From Styela clava (Eukaryota), in the NCBI RefSeq assembly GCF_964204865.1, contig NC_135264.1, positions 4,960,001-5,024,000 on the forward strand: DNA of 64,000 nt, read 5' to 3'. Made by a program: the position numbers and the translations under genes. Of this stretch, positions 42,306 through 55,552 are shown one piece after another (position 1 is the stretch's first letter; each line of letters begins with the position of its first letter). The notes below the pieces were generated by a model. It worked only from the letters and a program-made list of their open reading frames with translations, did not search any database and was not told the DNA's origin.

Positions 42306-43829
42306 AGCCGCAATGTGTTGCTTGTAGCAAGATTTTTTGACAGTGAAAGCATGTAACCAATACCAAATAGGCTTAAACGGCATTTAGTAACATCGCATCC
42401 CCAGTTGCAACAAAAACCACGTGGCTTTTTTTTCTTGAAAATTAAACTTAATTGTCAAATATGCCGTATATTAAAAGATATCGAGACGTTTTTCACGGGG
42501 AGTCGCAACTTGAGCATATTATTGGATGGCGTCACAATACAAAGGAGTTTGAGAAACACAGCAGGTCAACGGAGTCGTGAGCACGCAACGTTGTGTGACG
42601 TCATATTACCTCAAATGTACCGAGCACCTCATTGTGCCTCAAAACCTCTCACTGTCTCATCGTCGCCAGAGCTGTTTACATTTTCGTATTTGGGTTATGA
42701 ATGAATTAACTTGGCATCGAACACATTCGGCACTGTTGTTTTCTATCTCCGAGAGGAAATCTGAGTAGTTATTGCATGGGATGTTTTTCCTTTAATATAC
42801 TAACCAGGTTATTATTCTGAAATATCTCTGTGAATACAGCAAAATAAAACGGTTCAACATTCTTTTTTATTGTGGTTATAAATTTATAACATGTACCTCA
42901 AGCAATATATAATTTCTTCTAATCTAATACTTTGTAAAAAAAAAGTTATATAAAGCATTAATTGTGTATTCGAATAAACAAATTTAAAATTAAAGGGAAT
43001 CCTATAAGTCAAAGACAACCATTGTCGGGTATATCAATGTGACTACGCAGTTCAGTTTTCAATCTGCCTATAAATATACAAAAATTTGAATAAAACAAAC
43101 ATGTTATAAGAATAATCAAGCTAACCGTTTTCAAAAATACATTTTGTAAGATATTTTTTAATCCAAATTTAAAAGTCATGATAAAATCAACAAAACCATC
43201 CAAGTCCATTCTTAAAAAGTAGTGCAACGGAAATTTTGTCTTAAACTTCGACGCTTCCATAGGTCTATTATTTCTCCGGTAATATAAATTGATAAAAAAA
43301 ATGCGAAATTATGCTTTTTTTAACATTTTTACAAGTTCCACGTCTTACGGCCCACCTGTACTTGCTGAAATTACGATTATATATAGTTTGTTTTCATGGA
43401 AATAAATTTCTATTGTAAGAAATACCTATAGCTTTACATTAATGGATCGGGGCAGACAGGAGATTGTTATCGACGCAAGTTATTTGTGAATGAACTGTTT
43501 TTCATTCATAGTTTCATATTGAGTTTTGAACCCACAGCCCAGTAACTAAGTCTATTATCTGTAAGTGGCCCACTTCGGAAAGTAATTGCCCACCCCTGAG
43601 CTAAATCATCCAGATTCTTGTAATTTTATCAGTGTCGGAGCAAATTTACAATAAAATCTGTCTCCGGTCCGAAAGAAATTTTGGCTCGAACTAACGGTTA
43701 CGAATTTTTTTTAGCCACCTCCGAAACCTTAATCTGGAGTAAACTAGGCTATATTGCTGCTATAATAAAATTTGTTTCAATTGAAATAATCATATGCTTG
43801 ATGTGAAATTCGTCATCGATCATATATTC

Positions 43830-46800
43830 TCATTTTTGTCTACCAATTGTCGGTGTATCATTCTTACGATACAGATGGAACTCAGCAACACCTGGAAACA
43901 AAATGTTGTTGGTCAGTTGAAAAGTCAAGCATATCATGTTTGCGGCGCTATTGATGAGTGCAATTCTGCAGTTCAGAGATGAATTCATTTATACACAGAT
44001 TCAGTATAAATAATAAGCATTAATAATTCAAAAAATATGGCTTTTTTGTGATAATGATTTTTGTCAATTTACGGCACTGTACCACTACATGAAGTATTAT
44101 GCCTAAAATTATTATATATATCTCTACTATAAAATTTGAAAAAATTCTTACCATACGCCAGAACCGAAATTACGAGCAAGGCAATGTGAATGTAGATTTT
44201 TGAACCTACGCATAGAAATGGACTCCAGAAATATCCAATTGTTATACCAATTGTAATGCAAACATTCCGCACACTGAAAGAAATCTCGCGATTTTCTGGG
44301 AAATATTGTGCAACGATAGCTGAAATAGGAATTTTATATAAGTTCAGCTTTCTCTACCGATTTTGTAGAAAGTATTCAATGCTTTCACGCATACATAGTT
44401 TTATTAATACTAAATAACTGTATTATTGTTTCATATTAGATTTTACTATCAATAAAACGCCTAATTTGAAATTTTACCAGGATTACCCTGTAGTGCGTTC
44501 AGTTGAGAGTTCTGATATTTCGAACAAATCGTTTCATTGTATGTTAACTGTTAAGCCTTACAGAACGGGCATTCAAACCATTACCAAACGGAAGTTTGTG
44601 TAATAGTTACTATCTACTAAGAATTTGAACTTGTCCGCTAATTTGCCTTACCTACTGTGGAATTTTTCCATAGTGCGTCAGTCACTCCAAATCCCACAGA
44701 TAAAAAGTAGACAAGGAATGTAGTGCTGGTAGTAGGTTTCCAAAATTCACAGAGCAAATAGTTGGCCAATGTCAATGTAGCAATGGTTGCTACGGTTGCG
44801 TTCTTGCCAAAAAATCCTATGATTTTGCCAATCAAAAGCGATGCTCCAATGTGAAAAACATCATACAATACCAATACAGGTCCAACCTTGTGATAATAAA
44901 ATGAGCTAAGAATTTCATGTTGGAAAGAAGCAATATGATAACATACCATCAAAAAGTTCCTTTCATGGATAAAATGATTCGGTTTTCAAAGAACATGGTA
45001 TATAATATATATATATCAGGGGTGGCCAACCTGCTTTCAACCGGATCGACTAAAATCTTCAAAATAGATCGCGATCGGCTGATCAGTAATAAGGTCCTAC
45101 ACAAAAACGAATGGGCGCTGATTTATTTAAATCATACAATTCAGATAAAGGGCGTGCCTAATTTTTAGTCGTAACAATTGAAAATTCTTTGAGAAACCTT
45201 GCAAAGTTTTCATGTATTATCCAAACAGCGAAAAATTAATATTCTCAATCTATGAATGTTACAAGACTACTCAAACTTCAGTATGTAATTTACAATTTCC
45301 TCCAAAAGCGATTCTTCGCTTGCTTAGAATTAGAACAAATTGGGCATTTTGATGCCACTGCTACCATTGCGAATAAAATTTATCACATTACTCTTGGAGT
45401 GAGACAATAACTTTCGCATACTGTGGAAGTTGTTGTAGGATCGTTTGTCAGTCTAGACACGCGATATTCGGCACTTCATTTTTGAACCTTGGCAGCGGAA
45501 AAACCTACATTTGTTAGGGAACAATATGCTTTACCGGGCTTGCCCAGACTTAAATACCGTATGTGTATATTGTATTGTGCGCATGTAAAGAACTGTATTC
45601 TTTCTGTTGTTAAACACACAACTGGTTCGAGGCAATTTTTGGGGGTATTTCAATAAAATTCACTCAACATCAGACGCGATCGACGTGTTGGCCACCCCTG
45701 GTATATATGTATAATCACTTGTAAACTTTGATTCATTTCTATTACCTGGTTACTTTCTGTCGTGTCCACTTAGTTTTTCATGTTTCTTTATTTGAAATTT
45801 GTATGCTGTAGCGTGTGTTTGGTTAGCAAAGTTGTAAGCTTACAGAAAGGATAGTCAATTTGGCTATATCAAATATTCAATAGTTAATTGTAAGTGTACT
45901 TCTGTCATTTCGGTAATTTCTCACCATTTCTACTCCCAATATACACGATGAAAAAGCTCTGTTCATTTCTGAGTAAACGAATGCCAAGAATAATCCATAA
46001 TGCAGCAACATTGGAAATAGCAAAATTTGCTTTAAAGAGATTGTATGCTTCATGGTCGCCTTCAAAGTCGCCAATAAGGAAACGTCTATTTTCTGTTTGT
46101 TTACAAAGAATAAATTAAATTAGCCTCATACTTACTTAACTAAATGGTTAGATCCCGTTGTGAACATGAATCACGGGCAAAAACAAAAACTTCGTTCAGT
46201 GCAAATAGCTGGGGGATCATTGTTAGTTTTAAGTGCAAAGATATTACATAGCACATCATCGGCTTTGCAGTTTTGTGCTATTGAACAAACTATATCAACC
46301 ATTGCACCATTGACCACCAAATTTGTTCCTGCCCATTTTGGAATGATATTCAAAAATGATGATATTGAGATACTCACTTTTGTTGTTTTGTCAACGGAAA
46401 CGTCTTCGCTTTCATCAATTTCGGTTGGTTTTGTGACATTTTTTACTTCTGAATTTACTAAAAACTTCGCGTGTAAACCAATAGCACAAAGCGCTACCAG
46501 AATAAAAGCTCCCATAAGACTATAAACAGAAATTGCATTAGGAGGGACGTAGTTATTGAGAAATTTTTTAGTAACGTTAGGATTTTGGCAGTCGTTCGCT
46601 CCACAGTGTTCGTAGTTATTCATCATGGTAGTACCGTTGAATAGACCTACTGTAGAGTTTGTTGTTGTATTTTCTATATCGCTCCTTGTACTGTATAATA
46701 TTGCGTAACTGAGAATGCTGGTAAATATCTGAATTCAACAAAATACTCGTTATGAATGGAGAATGATGTAGCCTACGGCGCCAATTCTCATCTCAGCTAT

Positions 46801-49012
46801 TTCACATGATTCGTTTTTGTTCATAATAATTAGGTATCTACGGACTAAATCGAAAATTGTTGACATGGGCTGACGCGAAACATATTAAAATGATGTACAT
46901 TGTCATGAAGTCTATTCGCCTGTCAGCTGAATGTGTGCTGATGTGAGTTTCAAATGTTGAAAGCACTAGGGAGGTTAAAAGACGGGGTGATAATATAGCA
47001 ATAATCCTCATGATTTTACCCCAATTTCGGAGTTTTACTCCCATTTCAGTTAAAATTACGAAAAAGACAAGCGACAATCAGATGTGAACTTACAGTACGA
47101 ACTAAACTAATGCGACTATATCTGCTATTAACACAAGAGTTGAGTAATTGTGTAATGCGAGAGAAAATATATAAGTCATATATTACCCTCCCAGATCGTA
47201 GGATAGCAAAGAATTGTCCCGTATATTTTCTTTCATAATCATCGGATTCTTTACTTCCGTATAATCCATGCATTTGACCAAATACAATGTTATATATTGG
47301 CATTGTTGTCCAAACCAGGGAGCTTCCTATTCCTTCCAAAATTCCAACCGGGATCATAATATATGGTGCTGAAAATATGGTAAATGAATATTGCTAATAG
47401 TGTTATTTTAATGCTTTGTGGTTTGAAACTGATACAAATTTTTACCTGGATAAAAATTTCCAGCGACGAAAAGAATGGCTGCAGTTTCTCCTAAAACTAG
47501 AGACCATTTGTAGCCAATCCTAAATATAAATCAGTGCATGACTAAAATGTCTGCCTTGTTTAACAAAAAAATACATCATGGCTCGGTAACAAGAGCCATA
47601 AGAGCTAGAGTGTTTAGAGCAGCGGTTCTCAACCGGAGGCCCTCGGCCCCCTAAGGGGCGCCACAGAGGAGTTGGAGGGGGGCCACAAGGATGGGCTGAA
47701 ATCTGAATTTACTTTTCACTTTAAAAGAAATCTCACAGTTTTTCCTAGTTTGCTGCTCAACAAGGTTATTTCGCAGGGTGTTTTCGCTCTCTTTTGTGCA
47801 AGTTGTTTTAACATAATGGGATTTGGAATCTATCAATGAAAATAACCCTATTAATACCTCTGGAATATTAAAGTGGGGGCCATGAGTGCTAAAAGCCTCC
47901 GAAAGGGGGCCACGAGTCATAAAAGGTTGAGAACCACTGGTTCAGAGTTTCTAATCAAAATAGATGGGATGATGCAGATGAAAAAAGAACAAAAGCATAA
48001 ACTCAAAGAATTTTAACGATTGAAATCCTTCCCGTTTCACAGAAAAGATTTGAGTTGTCCGTTTAGGCTCTATGTCCATCACATCAGCTATGATGTAATG
48101 AATGAGGTGACTTATTGCGTACCGGGAAGATTGCTGTGAGGCCAGGAAACATATTGATCCACACATCCACTTGCAGTAATTGCTTCTCACTATAAGCAGC
48201 GGAGAAGTGGTATAAAATAACTAAGTAAACCGTGTTTATGTAATTATCCAGTTTTGTAATAGGAGTACTTGTAATCATAGCTTCTAGCAGTTTTTTAAAA
48301 CAAAGATACTAATGTTTATACTTTCGTATGATCAGTGGGGTGCAGAACAGTCCAGCCAAAGTTGAAGTCAATTTAGAAGTTCCCAAAGTCTTTGTGCCTG
48401 TCAAACAAAGTACGCAGAAAATGAAATTTGTTTGTCAATCAAAGTTTTGGTGATATTTATTTTTCATTACATAAATAAAGTCAATTTATCTCGGACATGC
48501 TTTATAATATAATAACTTAAAATTTGCTATAACTTGAACTTTGCTACTATACCGATAAGGGAAAAGGATACGAGATGAAATTTCAAAAACATTGACTGAA
48601 GTGTCACTGTTAACTGAGAGTCACATCCAACACGTCAAGTCGATAGTTGCACAATTTGAGATACTTGTACATTTTTTACAGATGAGTTGCAATATTTTCA
48701 CATATCACACTCGTTGTAGTTCTGAGTGTGAAGTGGCATATGCTTTTGATAGGAAAAACTTATTATTCTGCTTTCCGTGGTTCAGTTTGTTTTTATTTAA
48801 ATTTTCCACAAAGTGTGGTACTTACCAATGTTCTTTTTAATATTTATGCTGCTCTGTAGACTGCTAACTGACATGATTGTGCCTTGGAGAAGTAAACATC
48901 CCAAGGCAAAGATATAAAAATTAATCGTAACTTTTCTGATATTTTTCCGTTTTGATAGATTTCCGTACACTTTGCGTGGAACATCTGTAACGTCGTTTCT
49001 CGCCATTCTCAT
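43830..49012 (-). CDS. UNC93A: protein unc-93 homolog A-like MFS membrane protein, 9 coding exons
   Basis: In-phase exons 49012-48826, 48397-48322, 47519-47446, 47368-47187, 46728-46378, 46092-45925, 44886-44652, 44319-44152, 43891-43830. UNC-93 hallmarks: SLQSSIN, IGYKWSLV, GNFYP, GIGSSLVWT, CGANDC, RAFSSCILGVEMVG, GVTDALW. Confidence 0.9.
45017..45700. mobile_element. hAT MITE in an UNC93A-like intron
   Basis: TIRs caggggtggccaac / gttggccacccctg; TSD atatatat / gtatatat (7/8). Confidence 0.85.
47620..47939. mobile_element. hAT (Charlie-like) MITE in an UNC93A-like intron
   Basis: TIRs cagcggttctcaacc / ggttgagaaccactg; TSD gtttagag / gttcagag (7/8). Confidence 0.85.
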
Positions 49013-49383
49013 TTCTTGCTTAGGGGGTATTTTGTTTAACGCAAGACCTAAAATGTAACTGAATATTCCAGTACTGTGTTCAACTATAAAAGGTATTAAA
49101 TAATTTAACTTAAATTTATTGATCTATAAGCTGTTTATTGCTAAATGCGTAAAATTATAAAGAAAAATTGTGTTGAGCGCTTATACAAAACAATTGACTC
49201 ATTTCTCGCTTTTTGGTATTTTTTTCAACGCAAAACCTAAAATTTAACTGAGTACTATGTTCAACTATATAAGGTATTAAATAATTTAAGGTAAAATTTA
49301 TTGATCTATATAAACTGTTTATTGCTGAATGCGTAAAATTATAAAGAAAAGTTATGTTGAGCGCTTATACAAAACAATTGACA
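49008..49383. repeat. tandem duplication (about 190 bp x2) spanning the UNC93A-like start codon and upstream acceptor
   Basis: ctcatttct..ggtatttt..aacgcaa.acctaaaat...gagcgcttatacaaaacaattgac occurs twice, head-to-tail. Confidence 0.9.
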
Positions 49384-52300
49384 GCATCTAAAATGTCTTC
49401 GCTTTTATCAGACAAAATTTAGGCTCACGATTTCGTGGCACGAAAATTTGACTCTACTTTCTGAAATTGGAATGTTTTGTTTTTGTTTTGATTTGAACTC
49501 ATCAGCCGCAAAACGAACACTTATTTATTTATGCTGTTTCATTTATATTCTGATTTAAAATTCGATTCAATCGGCTTCTTGTAAAAGAAACCCAATGTAA
49601 GTCTTCATAAACACGAGAAAAACTGACTGAAATGAAATGACTGACTGACTGAAATGGACGACAAATATTCGTCTGATATCTTCTCGGCGTTGCTAGGAAA
49701 GTGAAATGAATACATACAGGCTACAGCTTGTCTCACAATTATATACATATCTTATGAGAGCTTTCTCTGTGAGTGCATCAGTGCCGTAAACTACATACAG
49801 CATCAAGTTCTCATCTCTGCTTTCACTTTTTCCGCGTGATAGTTTTGTTGCGCGTGCTCAATTCGAAATATAAATCGCAATATCTCTCAAAATGGCTGTC
49901 ATTGGATCCGGCTGTAAGCTAGTTTTTCATTTCTCAGTGGCATATGGAATTGTTTACGCTATCTACACGCATCATGCTGATCAATTGGTTCATTTTCTTC
50001 AATATTTTGTTATATTGCAACCGGGTCATCTCGACCCTTCAGCTGATACCCATTTAGTCCACATTGATATCAAATCATGCTTGCTACATCTGTAAAATAG
50101 TTTAACCCCATTTGATACAATCCATCAACTACAATGCATGTTAATTGTTAAGTTGGGCATATAGTCAAGAAAGGACATATGACCTCAATCTCCATTATTA
50201 CTGCGTCCTTCACGGGGGCTATTGCATTCATTCGTTTAGGTTTAGACTGATGATCCTGCGTTCATGGTTTTTTGCTATATCCGACAATGCGCAAACTTAT
50301 AGAATTTCGAATAGAAATTCTTGACACCCTGTCTGCTCACTGCCAGTGTACCTCCTGGCGAACGAATTTTGTCATTCACCCAGGGTTATAACTATTAAAC
50401 TACTTTCCTCAAACTACTTAAATACTTACTCAAATTTGCTGAAACCATAGTACATCGCATTGCGCCAGTAGGCATTTGATGGCGCATAAATATATATGTA
50501 GGACCAACATTTTGCATAAATTCTAAGCTCTTGGACTTTCAATATTATTTCAATGCAAATACTTTCGTTTGCCATTAAAACCCATCCCTTGGGTAATGAT
50601 AACGAAAATAAACAATAATGACCTCCATATATACGCAAAAAATATGGGCACATATATCGCAAAAAAACAAACTATAAATATATATATATATATACGGAAA
50701 ATTACTAACATAACTTAGAAACCGTCTGTGACTATACGCGCACCATACCGTACTCTCGTGGACAATTTTATTCGAGCGCATTCGTGTTGTGAATTTGAAA
50801 AGTTTACAGTTCCTGCTTTAGCGTATTGATATTGACATTTCAATTAAATTAGCTAATGACAGTTGTGATCTCTGTGAAATGTTGCTGCAATTCGAATCTA
50901 CTTGAAGCCAGGTAATACCTCTTGTGACATAGCGAACCCGGTCATCCACCTTAATTATTTGAATAAATGACCAACTGGTAAATTGAAAATTTTATGTTAA
51001 TTGATACGTATCAAACCAAACCTAATACTATGAAAAGAAATAAAATAACACTTGTCAGTCTTTACAGTAAACTGTTTTTTACTTCCTGCTGTAAATAAAA
51101 GACGCGTTCATGCGAGTTGATCAATTGAAATTAATTTATCTGCAACCACTTTCAGCCACTTTTGTATAAATATATATTTATAAAAATAAATAACCGATGA
51201 ATTCAAGTCATCGATGATACTATAGATTTATTCTTCTTTCTTTCTCTGATTTCTGCCACGCCCGACAGATGAAAATTACTGGTGAGTTTTGGTAAAACAA
51301 ACGACTGGCCTAGACTAATTGATTGATCTGCATGAGACAGTGACAGGGTATATATATGTTCATTTTTCGACTTTTTTTAATTCCCGCTGAGATACTCAGA
51401 GTAGTCCAAGGCTGCGAGACGGACGGGCCACGGAAACGTTTGAACAGGACTTGCGGGCCGCAGTCGGAAAACCCCAACGTGATCGAAATACTGCGAGTTT
51501 AGTTAGTTTGAATATAATAAAGAAAGAGAGTTCGCCCTTCTAATCAGCCTATTGATAAGTTGCCTGGGTGGCGTTTTTTTCAAAATTGCTTCTCGAGAAG
51601 TACCGTGGTATTTCCGTATTTCTTTTCGTGTCTTGTGTTGTAATGTCGTATCGTATTATACTCTTTCGCAGTGGCGTAGCCAGGAGGGGGGGGTTGGGGG
51701 TCAGTTCCAATAAAAGCATTTTTCTGTATCATAAATAGCAATTTTTCGAAGGTTGAGACAAACCCTCAAGACTCACGAAAACACCCGCTAGCTAGTTCGA
51801 TCTAACTTAGCAAACACAAATTTCTGAATTTGTATAAATGAATGGAAAACAAACATGAATTACCATGCCAAAAGTTAAGCAAACAGAAATGGTAGTCTGG
51901 TAGTCATCGATTTGAACAAATTTTTCATTAATTTTTTTTTCCGAATCATTTGTGAAGGGTACGTTAAATCCATGAAAACGATGCGATTATTTTACTTGGT
52001 CACGTTGAGAACGAATGAAATCAAAATTCGTGTCATTTGGTGAATAGCATGAATGGATTATGTACGTTGTCCCGGACGCAGGCGTACAAATTTTATTTGC
52101 CTTTCGTGTATCACAATTAAAATAATGCAAATACAATACAACAAATCTCAATATTTTTTCCAAATAATTTTATAAATTATTGGTCTTATAGAAAACTAAA
52201 GAACCGTATGACATATGGGCATAGAAAATGTTAGAAAAATGACACATATATACACGGTCACTGCGGGACTCTCTTCGGGGGTGTGCACCAGTAAATATTA

Positions 52301-52551
52301 TTGTTTCCATTGGCATGTCATGAGAGCAGAAAGTGCGCGTCAGCAGAAAACCAGGTGAGTGATTGACAACTTTGCGCAACAAAAGCAAGTCTGTCCGTGA
52401 TAGAAAAGAAGTAATTTGAAACATATTATAGAGAGAACATAGCTTTTGTACAAAGCGTCCTTGATTTCTGACACTTTTGAGTATGCAAGCATACGCTCAC
52501 AGAAGGTCAAGCACGGACAAAATAAAAGTTTTTTTTTTCATTTCCGTAGAA

Positions 52552-52819
52552 CAACGGTTCCCAAACTCTTTGTTCGTGCGGTGCCAAATTATCAGGGGAA
52601 ATAAACGAAAAAGACACTTCGTATTAGACAACTACGTAGAGCTATAAAATGAATTTATTGATTCACATACAAAACATTTGATATAACAAACAATGAAACA
52701 TTTATAATAAAAACAATATGTAAAATATTCAATCATATATCAATTATGTTCAACACAATTCTGCTAATTTTCGACGCGCACATAGCAAATCGACGCGGCG
52801 CATCTTTTGGGAACCGCTG
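52552..52819. mobile_element. hAT MITE
   Basis: TIRs caacggttcccaaa / tttgggaaccgctg; TSD ccgtagaa / ccgtaaaa (7/8). Confidence 0.8.
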
Positions 52820-53463
52820 CCGTAAAAGTAATAAGGAAATTTATGGGTTCCTGTTTTGGGACACCTTGTATATATACTTTTTAGAAGACGCCATGCGGCA
52901 AAACTAGTTTAGAAGAGTAGTTTCATATTTGCTTTGGTGAATATTATGTCCACAGAAAGAGTCGTCACAACTAATGAATTTCTGTGAATTTTTTATGAAT
53001 TTATGAAAATAATGAATTTTTACTTAGCATTACATCAAGTGGATAATTTTGTACAATCTACCATATTCAAAAAACAGTTCAATTAACAGCATGACAATTT
53101 ACACCTAGTCTCTACCATAAGGCTACGCTTTCAATCGAGCAGAGATTACATGGGACGCGGAATTAAAAAATGCCATTATTAGAATGACATGAATATCCTG
53201 ATAGGAACCAGAAAAATAAAACGTAACAAAAGGTCAGTAAGTATTAAGTTCATAACGGGTATAACAGTAATTAAATATATTAGTTGATGATTACGTTTCA
53301 CCAACAGTAAATTTACAAGAATAATGAAGTTGCATCAGTTATGAAATTGAAAATTTCATAGCATAAACATAAAAAGTTGGAAGTATGTCAAGCTACGATT
53401 TAAATTTTCTAAGCAGAGCAGTAGGCTACGCGAGCAAGAGCAATAGGTGTTAGGACAATTTTA

Positions 53464-54854
53464 CTACACTGGAGGTAAGTCGGAATCTTCCCTTTTATTT
53501 TCCCTCTTGCGTACCACAGAAACATTGTCAGTTCCAACCTGTCAATATAGAACACAATATAGAACCTGTCAATATAGAAGCGCTAAGTCATAACAAAGTC
53601 ATCTTCGGTTAGGATATCGGTAAATTCCCAAAGGAGTTTTTTCTGACATCTAGGACCAAGTCTCATGCGTCAAATGAATTTTGCGTATAAATATTATAAT
53701 TGGGGAATCCACACGAATAAAGAAAATGTGTGACCACTCCAATTTGCATTTTTTTTTAATATTTTTGTATAAAGGATATATTTAATTATTGCTAGAGATA
53801 TTCGGCGTCGTTAGTCAGTTGGTTGATGTGCCTTACTTAAATAGTTGCCTCGGAACTGCAGATCAGCTTAGTTTATATCATTAATCATCATTTTTATAAA
53901 ACCTCTGACTTATATGGATTTGTACTTTATAGTTTTTAAACAGATAGCTTCTAAAGTAACGTTTTATATAATTAGTTACCTGTACGTTTGAGTTATCACC
54001 ATGAATATGTACAATGTGCATTGCCTGAATGGATACTTTTTGGCCAGACGTACCTTCACCAACTAACGATTTATTATCTGGAGTCGCACATAGGTTTGTA
54101 TTACCAGAACATGACGAAACCAAGCCAGGTTCAGCAATCAAATCGTCAGAATTTGGTGGTAAATTTCTCAATTCGTTAACTCCGGTATCTACAGTTGCAT
54201 TAGGAGTTGCTGTCGAATTCTCGCGAGCGTAATCTCCCCTTGCTCTTTTCTGAACGCTAGCTATTGTCTTGGAGAGACGCATCTCAAAGAACAGATCCTC
54301 ACGTAGTGTGGTATAAGCATCAAGAGTCAGAGGAAGCCTTGAATGAAGATATTCCCTCGGTTGCACAGTAACAAATCGGATACCAAGATCACGTCTAGTT
54401 ATGGATGCATATTGGGCAATATGCCTAGCTGACTGCAGGATGCCTTTATCGTTTAACGAAGTCCTCGTAGCCAGCCATAGTACCATTTGTTGTTCACTCA
54501 CGAAAGACTCTATAGCCTCAAACACAGCTAGACCAGCGTCATAAAAATCACACATTTGTGCTTTACAACCATTCCTATTTAAGGCATCACATATGCGATT
54601 GGCAATTTGAATATCAGCATCTGCGTAGAAAAGTCCTGCTTTCAATTCATGTTCCTGCCAACAAAGATATGTTTAGAACAGGCTTATATATACACATTTA
54701 TCGCCACTGTCTCACTAAACGGTAAACCTATACAATATATTTAATTGCTGCTACAACTCACTTGATTATGTACTGTAAGCTGGTCGATTGATTGGTTGAC
54801 CGCTGGCTGACTTGAATTAGAGACTGACGCATCGTGGCTAATACCACTTGCCAT
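53464..54854 (-). CDS. TICAM/TRIF-like TIR-domain adaptor with C-terminal RHIM, 280 aa, 3 exons
   Basis: Phase-0 exons 54854-54762 (ATG preceded by in-frame TAA), 54654-53980 and 53538-53464. The TIR reads GLFYADADIQIANRICDAL..MCDFYDAGLAVFEAIESFV..MVLWLATRTS..IRFVTVQP..LDAYTTL..FFEMRLSKTI, following the TICAM pattern. The exon 2/3 junction gives IVHIHGDNSNVQ|VGTDNVSVV. Confidence 0.8.
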
Positions 54855-55261
54855 CACAAATTACGACCCAAACGTGAAGATTTCAGCAATGTATATACTT
54901 TCTGATAGATAAACTCTTGTCTGATTTTCATCGACAAGCTCGTTACGCATCGATAGTAAAGCAGAACTCTGTATTAACTCGTATCACGTGAATCATTACG
55001 TAACGCGTACTGACGTTCGGGACAGTTTTTTTTTTAAATCAATAAACCTTGTGTTTGACTCTTTTAGGGGCATATTCACTTTGCTGACACAGACAGTCCC
55101 CGAACTCGTAATAGACCTAAAATAAGGAAATTCAGAATAAACATATGGTCTAACCCTAACCTGGTATACAGACAACAGGAGCCCTTTTAGGACTTGATTT
55201 ATCTGAGTCGATAGCTTGTTTATATTATTCATTCTACATATTACGAAAAATTCCCTATACT

Positions 55262-55552
55262 CAGATTAGATTGTTACGAGACGACGAGACGCCTTAATCA
55301 CATGACAAACCACGGTCTATCGTCCGGTTACCAGTTCATGTCGGGTTCAGAATTAGTCAATCAATTATTTGTTTCATATGCACGGACTTGATGATATAGA
55401 AATCCGTAACCGAACAGCGGTTATGTAAACCACCCTACGGCGGGAGCAATCCGCTCACACATAATTATATCCGCGGGATTCAAGACCGCTAACCCACGTA
55501 GAGCAGTCTGATGTGCGGTTGCGAACGTGATCCTAACCCTTAGCGCGGTGCC
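55262..55552 (-). mobile_element. probable tRNA-derived SINE
   Basis: The minus strand begins with degenerate A-box (cgcgctaagggttagg) and B-box-like (ggtcttgaatccc) motifs, has a GC-richer body and ends in a short aatct repeat. Confidence 0.4.

Noticed and set aside
46171-46377. Cys-rich extension of the 151-aa ORF in the UNC93A-like gene
   Set aside because: A strong gtgagt donor at 46377 splices in phase to 46092, so the extension is most simply intron read-through.
55120-55260. NF-kB-like sites upstream of the TICAM-like gene (ggaaattc, gggaattttt)
   Set aside because: Neither fully matches GGGRNWYYCC, and such near-matches are frequent in AT-rich DNA.
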